From positions 3,072,001-3,136,000 of the forward strand of contig CBDCDC010000002.1 in the NCBI GenBank assembly GCA_965215195.1: DNA of 64,000 nucleotides, in the 5' to 3' direction. Under the pieces are notes generated by a model, which saw only the letters and a program-made list of their open reading frames with translations, was not told where the DNA came from and did not search any database. A program made the translations under genes and the position numbers. Below are positions 19,243 through 32,892 of the stretch, one piece after another. Every line of letters starts with the position of its first letter. Positions within the stretch are counted from its first letter, which is position 1. The DNA comes from Candidatus Latescibacterota bacterium. Its GTDB lineage: Bacteria > Latescibacterota > UBA2968 > UBA8231.

Positions 19243-20178
19243 ATGTCTCGGTCGCAACCCGTCCAAGAGCGCTATCGCCGAGCGCTTGAGGCCTTGACCC
19301 AAAAGCTCCAACAAGACCGCACGGTCTTGGCCGCCATCGTCTATGGCTCATACTCGTACGACCAAGTTTGGGAGAAGTCGGACATCGACTTGTGGATCGT
19401 CATGGCCGACGACCCCAAGGTGCGGCGCTACAAGGATCACTGCCTCACCGAGGAAGGCGTCATCATCCACGCCAACCTCATCTCGCGCAAGCGGTTCCAG
19501 TTGAACATAGAAGGCTCGCGCCAAGGCGGTTGGCTCGACTTTACCTTCGCCCACAGCACCCTCCTGTTCTCCAAGGACGAGTCCATTGCCGCGTGGTATA
19601 AAGACGCCGAGCGCATTGGCGCACGAGACCGCGACTACCAGTTGCTCAGGCGCGCTCTGCCGCTGTTGGCCACCTTGAACAAGGCCCAGAAGTGGTACAA
19701 AGTGAAGAAGGACTACAACTACAGCTTCCTGTGGCTGCTCAACGTGGCCGACCAACTCGCCAGCGTCGAGTGCATCCTCAACGGCCAAGCCCCCGGCCGC
19801 GAGGTCATTCACCAAGCCCTCGCCTTTAATCCCGAGTTCTTCAACGCCATCTACACGGATCTCATCGCCGCCAAAAAAAACGCCCGCACCCTCAAGGCGG
19901 CCCTCCAGCGCGTAGAGACCTACCTCGACGACCACCTCTGGGACCTGTTCCGGCCCTTGCTCGACTATTTGGAAGAGGCCGAGGCCATGCGCACGGTGTC
20001 GGAAATAGAGGAACACTTCAAGATGGAAGGCGCGGACTTCGCCTGCGAATGGCTGGTTGAAAAGGGCTTGTTGCAAAAGATGTCGGCGCCGCTGCGCCTA
20101 AGCGAAAAGAGCCGCACAGAGCTACAGGAAGCGGCCTATCACTACGACGGCGACGGGTCCGATTGGGGCCTGCACTAG
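19243..20178 (+). CDS. Nucleotidyltransferase-domain protein (Pol-beta superfamily)
   Basis: YGSYSY...SDIDL motif (GS...DxD). Confidence 0.8.
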   Translation: MSRSQPVQERYRRALEALTQKLQQDRTVLAAIVYGSYSYDQVWEKSDIDLWIVMADDPKVRRYKDHCLTEEGVIIHANLISRKRFQLNIEGSRQGGWLDFTFAHSTLLFSKDESIAAWYKDAERIGARDRDYQLLRRALPLLATLNKAQKWYKVKKDYNYSFLWLLNVADQLASVECILNGQAPGREVIHQALAFNPEFFNAIYTDLIAAKKNARTLKAALQRVETYLDDHLWDLFRPLLDYLEEAEAMRTVSEIEEHFKMEGADFACEWLVEKGLLQKMSAPLRLSEKSRTELQEAAYHYDGDGSDWGLH

Positions 20179-20194
20179 CGCAAAAGGACACACT

Positions 20195-23068
<2,874 letters not shown>

Positions 23069-23111
23069 GCTAGGCGCGTAAGGGTATCCGCCGGCGTCGT
23101 TTCCGCGGCGC

Positions 23112-23145
23112 GTAGGGAATAACGATTGTTATTCCCTACTTTTTT
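23112..23145 (+). terminator. Rho-independent terminator (GTAG-REP-like hairpin)
   Basis: GTAGGGAATAAC-GATT-GTTATTCCCTAC followed by T6, between the convergent uvrA and moaB genes. Confidence 0.75.
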
Positions 23146-23152
23146 GCTCCCC

Positions 23153-23668
23153 TCAAATTTCGGACAATCTCGGCATCAGATCGACGAGGTTACAGGGCTG
23201 GTTGGTGGAATCGAGCTGCGGCCCGATGAGCTTGTCCCAGCCGGTGGCGCAAGCCCCGGAGGAGCCGGGCAGGCAGAAGATGTACGTGCTGTTGGCAACG
23301 CCGGCCACGCAGCGCGACTGCAAGGTCGCGGTGCCGATCTCCTCGTAGGAAAGCACGCGAAAGACTTCGCCAAAGCCCTCGATTTCCTTGTCGAAGAGTA
23401 CGCTGACGGCCTCGGGCGTGCCGTCGCGGCCGGTGAGGCCGGTGCCGCCGGTGGTGATGATGGCCTGGACGCGGGGCTCGGCGATCCACTCGGAGACTTG
23501 GGCGCGGAGCTGGTAGATGTCGTCGGGCAGAATTTGCTTTTCGTGCAGGATGTGGCCGGCCGCTGCGAGGCGCTCGGCCAGCAGTTTGCCGGACTTGTCG
23601 GTTGCTTCGTCGCGGGTGTCGGAGACCGTGAGCACGGCGATGCACACGGGGACGCGGTCTTGGGTCAT
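23153..23668 (-). CDS. moaB: Molybdenum cofactor biosynthesis protein B
   Basis: IAVLTVSDTR...DKSG, TTGGTGLTGRDGTPEA, LPGS; start reassigned to ATG 23668. Confidence 0.92.
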   Translation of the reverse strand: MTQDRVPVCIAVLTVSDTRDEATDKSGKLLAERLAAAGHILHEKQILPDDIYQLRAQVSEWIAEPRVQAIITTGGTGLTGRDGTPEAVSVLFDKEIEGFGEVFRVLSYEEIGTATLQSRCVAGVANSTYIFCLPGSSGACATGWDKLIGPQLDSTNQPCNLVDLMPRLSEI

Positions 23669-24501
23669 GGCGCACCTTTCGGTGAAGGGGATATGAGTTC
23701 GATTTGGTAGAGCTTGGGCCACCACTTGCCGGTGACGAAGAGCCGCTCGCCCTCGGGGTCGTAGGCAATGCCATTGAGCACCTCGGCGTTAGAGCCGCGG
23801 CGGTCTGCGTCGCTCAACAGCCCGGTCAGGTCTATCCACCCCGCGACTTGGCCGGTCGCCGGGTCGATGCGGGCAATGGTGTCGGTCTGCCAGATATTGG
23901 CAAAGACCTCGCCGGCGACCCATTCGAGTTCGTTGAGCTGCGGTACGGGGCGGCCTTGGGCCACAACGGCGACCCGGCTCACCTCGGCAAAGGTAAATGG
24001 ATCGCGGAAGTACAGGGTCGCGCTGCCATCGCTCATAACGAGTAGTTCGCTGCCGTACGTCAGCCCCCAGCCCTCGGTGGGATAGGCGAATTCCGCTAGC
24101 GGCTCAAAAGAATCGAGCCGATAGGCAAAGCCCTTGTTGGCCCGCCAAGTTAGCTGGAGGAGGCGATTGCCAAAGAGGGCGAGTCCCTCACCGAAGAAGC
24201 GGTCGTCGAGCTGGTGGAACTGCACGACAGCCCCTGTTTCGAGCTCGACCTTGCGCAGGGACGACTGGCCGTAGTGGCCGGTGCTTTCGTAGAGAAAGCC
24301 GCTGTCGTAGAGCAACCCTTGGGTATAGGCGTCCGGGTCGTGCGGAAAGGCGCGGGCGATTCGGTAGGAATACGTGGGGATTTCAGAGGGCGGTTGCGGC
24401 TGGAGGGCGGCGGGTTCAGGGCCGTGGTCAGACGGGGCTAGACAACTGGCATGGGTCGCCAAGAGCAAGGCGATGGCGGTGGACTGTACCTTGCGGATCA
24501 T
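23665..24501 (-). CDS. Glutaminyl-peptide cyclotransferase
   Basis: FPHDPDAYTQGL, YESTG, FGEGL, EGWGL, LNELE, LNGIAYD, VTGKWWP; start ATG 24501. Confidence 0.92.
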   Translation of the reverse strand: MIRKVQSTAIALLLATHASCLAPSDHGPEPAALQPQPPSEIPTYSYRIARAFPHDPDAYTQGLLYDSGFLYESTGHYGQSSLRKVELETGAVVQFHQLDDRFFGEGLALFGNRLLQLTWRANKGFAYRLDSFEPLAEFAYPTEGWGLTYGSELLVMSDGSATLYFRDPFTFAEVSRVAVVAQGRPVPQLNELEWVAGEVFANIWQTDTIARIDPATGQVAGWIDLTGLLSDADRRGSNAEVLNGIAYDPEGERLFVTGKWWPKLYQIELISPSPKGAP

Positions 24502-24607
24502 GTAGGGTAAAATACGGGGCGCGATAGAGAGAGCAAGGCGCGGCGGCTTGCTTGTCGGGAGGTGGGCGTCTGTTAGAATTACGCAGAAAAGTCGAGGAGG
24601 AATTTGG

Positions 24608-24931
24608 ATGGCCATGAAAACTTTAGAGCAGCATATTGAGATTACCCCTAATATATCTGGTGGAAAGCCTCGCATTGCTGGACATCGAATTACAGTGGAG
24701 AACATCGTCATCTGGCATGAGTGCATGGGCAAGAGTGCGGATGAAATTGCCACTGAATACGATTTGACACTGGCGGATGTGTATGCGGCATTGGCCTACT
24801 ATTTCGATCACCGCGCTGAGATCAACCAATCGCTGGAAGAGAGTAAGGTATTTGTAAAAGCTCTACGTCAGCAGACCTTTTCAAAGCTTTCTGAGAAGCT
24901 GCGAGAAAAGATGCACCGTGGCGAAAATTAA
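24608..24931 (+). CDS. DUF433 antitoxin
   Basis: ITPNISGGKPRIAGHRITV...LTLADVYAALAYY; GAGGAGG RBS. Confidence 0.9.
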   Translation: MAMKTLEQHIEITPNISGGKPRIAGHRITVENIVIWHECMGKSADEIATEYDLTLADVYAALAYYFDHRAEINQSLEESKVFVKALRQQTFSKLSEKLREKMHRGEN

Positions 24932-25247
24932 GTTCTACACGGATGAGCATGTCTCAAAAGCTGTGGTGATAGGCCTCCGTCGAAGAGGCGTGGATGTATT
25001 GACTGTTCCAGAAGCGGGGACACTGGGAGCATCTGACGAAGCACATTTGAGAAGGGCGTGGGAAGAAGGACGCGTCATCTTTACCCAAGATGATGATTTC
25101 CTCCGCTTGGCAGCAGCAGGTGCAGATCATGCCGGAATTGTTTACACAACGCAAGAAAATGCGATTGGCGAGATCATTTCTGGTTTGATGTTAATCCATT
25201 GGGTATTGGAAGCGGACGAAATGATGGGCCATGTGGAGTGCCTCTGA
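24918..25247 (+). CDS. DUF5615 PIN-like toxin
   Basis: KFYTDEHV...SDE...FTQDDDF...HAGI; overlaps the DUF433 gene. Confidence 0.9.
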   Translation: MAKIKFYTDEHVSKAVVIGLRRRGVDVLTVPEAGTLGASDEAHLRRAWEEGRVIFTQDDDFLRLAAAGADHAGIVYTTQENAIGEIISGLMLIHWVLEADEMMGHVECL

Positions 25248-25383
25248 GAATTGCCAACCATCTCTACCGAGCAAGGCGTTATTCCAAGAAAATCTGCCAA
25301 CGCGACGATGTTCAAAGAAGATAGGATACCTCTTTGGCATTTTTGCCGGGACGTGTAGATTGTATAAGGTGGAGGACAGACGG

Positions 25384-26001
25384 GTGATACAGCGGGCATA
25401 CATACCCCTCATCTGGATCGGCTTGCTGTTGGCGAGCGGAGCCGAGGCCGTGCGCATCCAAGACGCCGTGCCCGAAGAGGTGCCCAAGCGGCAGCGCGAC
25501 GGGTACTATGCTGCGGTAGGCCTGGGTTTCATCAACTTGGATCATCGCGGCGCGGGCGTGCGCGTCCCCTTGGGGTTTAGGGCAGTTTTCAACCGCTTGC
25601 GCCTCATAAGCTCGGCCAATGTGCTCGATGTGAGCTTTCACGAAGGCGACGACTACGACGAGCGTTACTTCCGGCCTATTCCCACCCGCAGCTACTGCGT
25701 TGATGCGCGGACTGGATACCGCGTGGCGGACTACCGCTGCTCGGGCGGCACGGATTGGCTCCGCTCGCTCAGTGCGGATCTGGCCTATATTGTCCTCGAG
25801 GAAGTGTGGATCGCCGGCCGACCGGGCAAGCTGTTCGCCGGGTTGGGCTACCGCCACGCAAATCCAAGGACGGCGTATGGGACCTTGGGGTTGTTTTTCG
25901 ATGCGCCGGGCCGGACCGTCGGCAGCTTCAAGGTCCTAGTCGGCAAGGGCTACGTCACCTTGGGTTTGCTGTGGGGCTTTGACTTGCGCCGCGTCTTTTA
26001 G
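25384..26001 (+). CDS. Secreted hypothetical protein (possible small beta-barrel)
   Basis: GTG start after GGAGG; signal peptide; terminal Phe. Confidence 0.6.
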   Translation: MIQRAYIPLIWIGLLLASGAEAVRIQDAVPEEVPKRQRDGYYAAVGLGFINLDHRGAGVRVPLGFRAVFNRLRLISSANVLDVSFHEGDDYDERYFRPIPTRSYCVDARTGYRVADYRCSGGTDWLRSLSADLAYIVLEEVWIAGRPGKLFAGLGYRHANPRTAYGTLGLFFDAPGRTVGSFKVLVGKGYVTLGLLWGFDLRRVF

Positions 26002-26008
26002 AGGACGC

Positions 26009-28558
26009 ATGCTCGCCTTGGCCCTTTGCTCCGCCTTGGCCCTCGCGCCGGTGGGCGCTGCCGCGCAGAGGCTGTCTGCCGAAGTGCATCCGGGCCTGCT
26101 CTTTTCCGCCGCAGATATTCCCTTGCTCAAAGAGCGCATTCAGCGCGAACCCTATGCGACGTGGTGGCAGATTGTGTTGCAGCGGGCGCGAACCGCCCCG
26201 GCGACTTTTGCCGACGAGCGCGCCGAGGTCCGCTACGCCAAGTCCCTCGCCTTCGCTTGGCTGATGACCGACGATGCCGCGTTTGCCGAGCGCGCCTTGG
26301 CCGTGATGCAGGGGGTGGCGTTCCCGCCGCGGGGCGGCGATTTGGGCGAGCCGCACAACGAAGGCGAAGTCGTGGCCCAATACGCGGTGGCGTACGACAT
26401 CCTGCACCCCTATGCTGCGGCCAACGACCCCCAGGCTCTACTGGAGATGCGGTCGATTCTCGGCGAGGAAGCCGACCGCCTGTGGAAGGGCATCGTGATT
26501 GGCGAGGTGGGGTTTGGGCTGTTCCCGGTCAAGATTCGCTTGCACGAGACCCCGCATTTAGACAACTGGCACATCCGCGCATACGGCGGCCTCGGATTGG
26601 CGGCCATGGCCTTGAGCGAGTACGCCAGCGGCGAAGGTACGCCGCAGGAATGGGCCGACCGCGCCTTGGAGATGGTCACGAGTAGCCTCGACTTCCAGAT
26701 TGAAGGGAGGGACGGGGGATACGCGGAAGGGCCGTTCTACAGCCGCTACGCCGCGGATGTGTATCTGCCCTACTTGTTCGCGCTCGAGAACCGCACTGGC
26801 TTGGACCTGTTCGCCGATCCCAAGATCGAGAAGATGCACGAGTGGTCCCTGAACCTGCGGCTGCCCAATGGCCGGCGACCCAACATCGACGATGGCCACT
26901 TAGACGATTTCTACGGGCATTACCTAGCGGCGGTGCAAGCCAACGGCGGGGTCCATCGCTGGGACTGGGAGAACAACGAGCGCGGCCTGTACGTGCGCCA
27001 GTTTGCCGAGATGGACGCCATTGCCCTGTACGACGACCGCGTGCCCGCGCAAGAGCCGACGCACGGCCCGTCGGTTTTTATGCCCGGGGCCGGAGACGCC
27101 GTCTTCCGCAGCGACTGGTCGGCCGCGGCCACCTACCTGCTCCTGCGCGGCGAAAACGGCCCGGTACGCGAGCACGGGCTTGCGCACGAGCACCCCGACG
27201 GAACCAGCTTTGTGCTCTATGCCGGCGGCGAAATGCTGGCTTTAGACGCAGGTTACATCAATTTTGACAATCGCGACAAGGTCAACAAAGGCCGCAATCA
27301 CAACGTGGTGCTGGTCGATGGCAGAGGGCCACCGCGCCGGACCTTGCCCGTGGTGGGGACCATCGGCGACCGCAACGACGCTTTTATCGAGGCATTCTTC
27401 ACGAGTAGCGCTGGCGACTACGCAGAAGTCCGCACCGCCTACCGGGGGGTCGAGCTGAGGCGGCGGGTCTTTTTTGCCGACCACAGGTACTTCCTCGTGG
27501 CCGACGAAATCGACGACCCGGGCCGTCGCCACGCCTACGAATGGCGGCTGCACGGCAATGGCGGCGGCACCAGCGGCGGTGCCTATACCCGCGCGGGGAA
27601 CGTGGCGCGTTGGACGCGGGAAAAAGCCGAGCTACTGGCGTTTTTGCCCGACCAGCCCGGCCGAGTCGCGCTCGAAAGCGAGGCGGTCCACTCCTTTGAC
27701 TATCGCCAAGAGCAGACCCACGCGGTGTTGCGGGTGCAGCAAGAGGGCGTTGATGGGCGCTACTTAGCGGTGCTGTATCCGCGGGCGATTGGGGAGGCCG
27801 AGCCGGCGTTTGACACTGCGTCCTCGCAAGGTGCTGAGGCGGCTTTAGTGGCGTTGGCCGGGGTGCGGGACTTGGCTTGGCTGCGCCACGCCAATGCGTC
27901 CGAGGTCGCTGTATCCGGGCCGGGTGGGCGCTTGGTCAGCGACGCCCGCTTCGGCTATGTCCGCTATGTCGATGGCCAGCTCACCCGCTTTGCAGCGCAA
28001 GACGCGACCTACCTTTTGGCCGACGGAGAGGCGGTTTTCCGCGCCAGCGAAATGATAGATGTGAGCATGGAGCGAGACGACTATGCGGGTTTTGTGCGCG
28101 GCCCCGACGCGGGCTATCAGCTAAAAATGCCCCACGCGGGAAGCGAATGGACCGCGGCCCGCTTCCGCGGCGGCGAATGGCTGGGTACGGCCGTAGAAGG
28201 CGAGATGCTCGTGCTGGAGCTAGCGGGCGCGGGAACGCTAGAGTTGCGATCTGACCCGCAAGTCGAAGCGCAAAAGGAGGGGCAGCCGCGTCCCAAGGGC
28301 TACGCCCTGCATCCCAACGCGCCCAACCCATTCAATCCGACGACCAAAATCCGCTTCGACTTGCCCGTTGCCAGCTCGGTGCAACTAACGGTGTACAACG
28401 TCTTAGGGCAGGAAGTTGAGCGGCTGGTGGAGAGGCCGATGCCGTCGGGACAGCACGAGGTGGAGTGGGACGCGGCCGGCTACCAGAGCGGCCTCTACTT
28501 CTACGCGCTCAAAGCCGATTCCTACCGCGCACAGCGCAAGATGATTTTGCTGCGCTAA
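26009..28558 (+). CDS. Heparinase II/III-like polysaccharide lyase with T9SS type A/FlgD-like C-terminal domain
   Basis: alpha/alpha-toroid motifs (DNWH, GGYAEGPFY); HEHPD...DAG...HN; C-terminal PNPFNPTT...VYNVLGQEV...SGLYFY...KMILLR. Confidence 0.8.
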   Translation: MLALALCSALALAPVGAAAQRLSAEVHPGLLFSAADIPLLKERIQREPYATWWQIVLQRARTAPATFADERAEVRYAKSLAFAWLMTDDAAFAERALAVMQGVAFPPRGGDLGEPHNEGEVVAQYAVAYDILHPYAAANDPQALLEMRSILGEEADRLWKGIVIGEVGFGLFPVKIRLHETPHLDNWHIRAYGGLGLAAMALSEYASGEGTPQEWADRALEMVTSSLDFQIEGRDGGYAEGPFYSRYAADVYLPYLFALENRTGLDLFADPKIEKMHEWSLNLRLPNGRRPNIDDGHLDDFYGHYLAAVQANGGVHRWDWENNERGLYVRQFAEMDAIALYDDRVPAQEPTHGPSVFMPGAGDAVFRSDWSAAATYLLLRGENGPVREHGLAHEHPDGTSFVLYAGGEMLALDAGYINFDNRDKVNKGRNHNVVLVDGRGPPRRTLPVVGTIGDRNDAFIEAFFTSSAGDYAEVRTAYRGVELRRRVFFADHRYFLVADEIDDPGRRHAYEWRLHGNGGGTSGGAYTRAGNVARWTREKAELLAFLPDQPGRVALESEAVHSFDYRQEQTHAVLRVQQEGVDGRYLAVLYPRAIGEAEPAFDTASSQGAEAALVALAGVRDLAWLRHANASEVAVSGPGGRLVSDARFGYVRYVDGQLTRFAAQDATYLLADGEAVFRASEMIDVSMERDDYAGFVRGPDAGYQLKMPHAGSEWTAARFRGGEWLGTAVEGEMLVLELAGAGTLELRSDPQVEAQKEGQPRPKGYALHPNAPNPFNPTTKIRFDLPVASSVQLTVYNVLGQEVERLVERPMPSGQHEVEWDAAGYQSGLYFYALKADSYRAQRKMILLR

Positions 28559-29002
28559 CTACTTTGCGATGACATAGCGCAGTACGGCCGCGACTTGCTC
28601 GGGCGCATGGGACACGGCGAGCGCGGCCGCATCCACCTCCTTGAGCGCGTGTTGCAGCTCGGGGGGGTGGAGGACGATCAGGGGCTTGTTGCAGGCGGCG
28701 GCAAACCCGGCGTCAAAAGCCGCGTTCCACTGGCGGTACTGGTCGCCGAAGCGCACCACCACCAAGTCGGCGTCGCGGATTAGGGTGCGGGTGCGGATGG
28801 CGTTGAGCTGTGCGCCTTTGCGATCTTTCCAAAAGCTGCTTTCCTCTGGCCCGAGGATGTCGATGCCGCAGTTGTCGCTGGCCGCGTGATCGGCGACTGG
28901 AGCGGTGAACGCGACTGGCAGGTCGCTGGCCGCTTGGGCGATGCGCTCGCGCCAGTCGCTGTGAATCTCGCCGGCTAGATAGACCTTCCACTGTTTGGAC
29001 AT
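28559..29002 (-). CDS. YtoQ family protein
   Basis: VYLAGEIHSDWRE...VVVRFGDQYRQWNAAFDAG...HALKEVD. Confidence 0.88.
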   Translation of the reverse strand: MSKQWKVYLAGEIHSDWRERIAQAASDLPVAFTAPVADHAASDNCGIDILGPEESSFWKDRKGAQLNAIRTRTLIRDADLVVVRFGDQYRQWNAAFDAGFAAACNKPLIVLHPPELQHALKEVDAAALAVSHAPEQVAAVLRYVIAK

Positions 29003-29143
29003 GGGGTTCCTCTTGGCGTGGTGAGTTGGAGCGGCAGGTCGCTGGAGGGCGGACAACGCAATTTGTCCCGATTGCGGCCAGCCGCTATCTTTTTTGCGAT
29101 GGTAAGCCCGTTGCCGGGCCATGTCAACACAGGAGAGTTTGCC

Positions 29144-29437
29144 ATGAAATCGGCACTTGAACTGGCCATGGAAAAGGCCAACGAGGCGGTCGGGGGCGCA
29201 GAGGGGATCAAGCTGACGGACGAGCAGAAAGAGGCCATAGACCAAGTGCGCAAGCAGTACCAGGCCAAGTGGGCCGAGCAAGAGATCGCGCTCAAGGGGC
29301 AGCTAGAGCAGGCCACGGGCGCAGACCCGCAGGCCCTCGTGGAAGCGCGACGCCAAGTGCAGGATCAAATGAGCAAAATCCGCAACCAGCTCTTTGCCGA
29401 GCGCGACGCCAAAATCGAGGCGATTCGCAATCAGTAG
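29144..29437 (+). CDS. Conserved hypothetical helical protein
   Basis: MKSALELAMEK start with AGGAG RBS. Confidence 0.75.
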   Translation: MKSALELAMEKANEAVGGAEGIKLTDEQKEAIDQVRKQYQAKWAEQEIALKGQLEQATGADPQALVEARRQVQDQMSKIRNQLFAERDAKIEAIRNQ

Positions 29438-29471
29438 GGCGCGGCTATTTTTTAACCCACCGGGGCCAGCT

Positions 29472-31151
29472 ATGCAGCCAAACTACGAAGTCGATATGAG
29501 ATTGAATGTCCGAACGCGCATGCGAGACGGCGTCGATCTTTCTTCCGACATCTATCTGCCGAGGGCATCGGCTAGGTTCCCGACCGTGTTGATGCGCACG
29601 CCGTACGATAACAACGCGCCGCCCATGATCGAGAAGGCCATGCGGCTCGCCAACAACGGCTATGCCTGCGTCCTCCAAGACGTGCGGGGGCGCTGGGACT
29701 CCGACGGCGTTCACTACGCCCTGTTCGACCACGGCCCGGACGGTTTTGATACGCAGGAATGGATTGGTCAGCAGGAGTGGAGCAACGGCAAAATCGGCAT
29801 GGCCGGAGGCTCCTACCTCGGATGGGTACAGTGGCAGAGCGCACCCCACCGCAGCCAGTACCTGACGTGCATGGCCCCGAGGGTCATGTGCGGCGATCTG
29901 TACTCGGGCCTCATTCACCCCGGCGGGGCGTTCCAGCTCAACGTCGCCCTCACGTGGGGGATGCGGACCAATGGCCGCACCGCCCAGAGCATCGAATACC
30001 ACAACTGGACGGAGGCCTTTCGCGCAATCCCACTCATCGACATGGATCAACAGGCAGGTAGAACCCTACCGTTTTGGCGGGATTGGGTGACGCACACCGA
30101 ATACGACGCCTACTGGGACTCGGTCAACGTCGAAAACAAGTGGGGCGAAATCGCGGCCCCGGCCCTGATAATGGGCGGCTGGTACGACCTCTACTCCCAC
30201 AACACCTTTATCAATTTCAACGGTCTGAGGCTGCATGGGCGGACGCCCGCAGCGAGGCAAAGTCAGCTCATCGTCGGTCCTTGGCCGCACGCGCTCAGTG
30301 TTTCTACCAAGACAGGTGATATCGACTTTGGCGCGAATTCGCTGTACGACTTGGAGGCGCTGGAGTTGCGGTGGTTTGATCATTGGCTGAAGGGCATGGA
30401 CAACGGCATCGTCGGCGAGGCCCCGCTGCGGCTCTTCATAATGGGCGTCAATGAATGGAGAGACGAGTGCGAATGGCCGCTGGCTAGGACCGACTGGCAA
30501 AAGTGGTATTTGCACTCCTCCGGCAACGCCAACACCCTGTTGGGCGACGGCCGTCTATCGCCGGAGGAGCCGGGCGACGAGCCTGCGGATCACTTTGCGT
30601 ACGATCCCGAGTTTCCCGTGCAGACCGTGGGCGGAAACAACTGTTGCTCGCCCCACATTGTGCCTTGGGGGCCGTACGACCAGCGCGCTGTGGAGATGAG
30701 GGCCGACGTGCTCTGTTACACCAGCGAGCCTTTGGCAGCCGACCTCGAGGTGACCGGGCCGATCAAGCTCGTCCTATACGCGGCTACAGACGGGCTCGAT
30801 ACCGACTGGACCGCCAAGCTGGTAGAAGTGTCAACTAGCGGGTACGCCAAGAATCTCTGCGATGGCATCATCCGGGCGCGCTATCGCGCGGGCTTCACCG
30901 CGCCTAAGTTGCTCCAGCCTCGGCAAACGTACCAGTACGAGATCGATCTCGCCGTCACCGGCAACGTCTTCAAGAAGGGGCACAGGATTAGGGTCGAAGT
31001 GTCCTCATCCAATTTCCCGCGCTTCGACAGAAACCACAACACCGGCAACGACCTCGGCACAGACGCGGAGATGCGCAGCGCACAACAGACGGTGCAACAC
31101 TCCACAGCGCATCCGTCTCACGTACTGTTGCCGGTGATTCCGCACCAGTAG
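29472..31151 (+). CDS. CocE/NonD family hydrolase
   Basis: MRDGVDL, RTPY, DVRGR, GGSYLG nucleophile motif, GGWYD, GPWPH, SSNFPRFDRN. Confidence 0.93.
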   Translation: MQPNYEVDMRLNVRTRMRDGVDLSSDIYLPRASARFPTVLMRTPYDNNAPPMIEKAMRLANNGYACVLQDVRGRWDSDGVHYALFDHGPDGFDTQEWIGQQEWSNGKIGMAGGSYLGWVQWQSAPHRSQYLTCMAPRVMCGDLYSGLIHPGGAFQLNVALTWGMRTNGRTAQSIEYHNWTEAFRAIPLIDMDQQAGRTLPFWRDWVTHTEYDAYWDSVNVENKWGEIAAPALIMGGWYDLYSHNTFINFNGLRLHGRTPAARQSQLIVGPWPHALSVSTKTGDIDFGANSLYDLEALELRWFDHWLKGMDNGIVGEAPLRLFIMGVNEWRDECEWPLARTDWQKWYLHSSGNANTLLGDGRLSPEEPGDEPADHFAYDPEFPVQTVGGNNCCSPHIVPWGPYDQRAVEMRADVLCYTSEPLAADLEVTGPIKLVLYAATDGLDTDWTAKLVEVSTSGYAKNLCDGIIRARYRAGFTAPKLLQPRQTYQYEIDLAVTGNVFKKGHRIRVEVSSSNFPRFDRNHNTGNDLGTDAEMRSAQQTVQHSTAHPSHVLLPVIPHQ

Positions 31152-31336
31152 TTAGCGGTTGGTGGCCGATAAATTTTCGCGGCGAGGGTGCCTCCCGCTC
31201 GTCGGCAAGCCCCCATGTCAACGCACGTTCTCAGCAGGCCGAGGGCTAGTATGCGCGCTCGTCGGTTTTCACGCGAGCGTCTCCGGGCTTGGCAGGGCAG
31301 CACACATCTGGCCAGAATGGCCGTCTTCAGCCATTG

Positions 31337-31365
31337 TTGACAGTGCAAATTTTAGAGCCTACTAT
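31337..31365 (+). promoter_or_regulatory. Sigma70-type promoter of gltA
   Basis: TTGACA-17 nt-TACTAT. Confidence 0.65.
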
Positions 31366-31444
31366 CTCATAAAAACAGCACACCCATCGCGCTTGGGGCG
31401 CGACTCAGCGCACTCGGCGACCGAGTCATTTAAGGAGAACAGAC

Positions 31445-32728
31445 ATGGCGGAAACGGCCCGCTTGCAGGTCGGGAACCAGAGCGTCGGACTGCCCATCGT
31501 CGTCGGCAGCGAGGGCGAAAAGGCGCTCGATATTGCCAAACTGCGCGCCGAGACCGGGTACATCGCCCTAGATCCCGGCTACGGCAATACGGGCTCCTGC
31601 CAGAGCGATATCACCTTTATTGACGGCGATGCGGGCATCCTGCGCTACCGGGGCTACGCAATTGAGGAGTTAGCCGAGCAAAGCCGCTTCATCGAGAGTG
31701 CCTATTTGCTGATCTGGGGCGAGTTGCCCAACGAGGTGCAGCTAGAGGAGTTCAGCACACTGCTGACCAAGCACCAGATGCTGCGCGAGGGGCTAAAGCA
31801 ACACTTCAGCCTCTTCCCGCCCAACTCGCCGCCGATGGCCGTATTGTCCTCGGTGCTCAACGCCTTGAGCTGCTACTACCCCGAGCTGTTGGAGATTCAG
31901 GACGAGGAGACCTTCACCGAAGCGGCCGCGCGCATCATGTCCAAGGTGCGCACCATTGCCGCCTATTCCTACCGCCAGCAGCAGGGCCATCACATCGAGT
32001 ACCCACACCCCGAGAAAAGGTACGCAGAGAATTTCCTGCACATGATGTTCAGCCAGCCGTACAACGAGTTTGAGCCGGACCCGGTGCTGGTTGACGCGCT
32101 GGATTTGATCTTCCTCCTCCACGCCGACCACGAGCAGAATTGCAGCACCTCTACGGTGCGGATGGTCGGCAGCAGCGAAGCCAACCTCTTTGCCTCGGTG
32201 GCAGCGGGCGTCTCCGCCCTGTGGGGGCCGCTGCACGGCGGGGCGAATGTGGCGGTGGTCGATATGCTAGAGAAAATCCGCGACGAAAACATCTCGGTCA
32301 GCGACTACGTCGCTCAGGTCAAGGACAAGAAGGCCGGGATCCGCTTGATGGGGTTTGGGCATCGGGTGTACAAGAATTTTGATCCGCGCGCCAAGATCAT
32401 CAAAAGGAGTTGCGAGAAAGTACTGGCCAAGCTCCACATCAACGACCCCTTGCTCGACACAGCTAAAGAGCTGGAAGCCGTGGCGCTGAGGGACGAGTAC
32501 TTCATCCAGCGCAAGCTCTATCCCAACGTGGATTTCTACAGCGGCGTCATTCTCCGCGCCCTCGGGATTCCCAAGGAGATGTTCACCGTGATCTTCGCCA
32601 TCGGCCGCATGCCGGGCTGGATCGCGCATTGGTACGAGGAGAGCAAGGCCACCAAAATCAGCCGGCCGCGCCAGATTTACACCGGCTCGGTTCAGCGCAC
32701 CTATCGGCCCGTGGCCGAGCGGTCCTAA
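31445..32728 (+). CDS. gltA: Citrate synthase
   Basis: LHADHEQNCST, GPLHGGAN, GFGHRVYK, YPNVDFYSG. Confidence 0.97.
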   Translation: MAETARLQVGNQSVGLPIVVGSEGEKALDIAKLRAETGYIALDPGYGNTGSCQSDITFIDGDAGILRYRGYAIEELAEQSRFIESAYLLIWGELPNEVQLEEFSTLLTKHQMLREGLKQHFSLFPPNSPPMAVLSSVLNALSCYYPELLEIQDEETFTEAAARIMSKVRTIAAYSYRQQQGHHIEYPHPEKRYAENFLHMMFSQPYNEFEPDPVLVDALDLIFLLHADHEQNCSTSTVRMVGSSEANLFASVAAGVSALWGPLHGGANVAVVDMLEKIRDENISVSDYVAQVKDKKAGIRLMGFGHRVYKNFDPRAKIIKRSCEKVLAKLHINDPLLDTAKELEAVALRDEYFIQRKLYPNVDFYSGVILRALGIPKEMFTVIFAIGRMPGWIAHWYEESKATKISRPRQIYTGSVQRTYRPVAERS

Positions 32729-32892
32729 CGCGGGCCGGCGATTAAGTTCTCATCTAACTGATGTTGCGCAGTTTTCCAGCAAATCCTCAACTTCGCCTCA
32801 ATATCTTGGCGCAACAGGCTCCGATAATCCACAAGATATAGAGCGAATGCGCAACGTCATTTATCTAAATAAAACTGAGAAAGGATTAGGGG

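Noticed and set aside
24502-24753. N-terminal extension of the glutaminyl cyclase ORF
   Set aside because: It is antisense to the DUF433 gene; the signal peptide starts at 24501.
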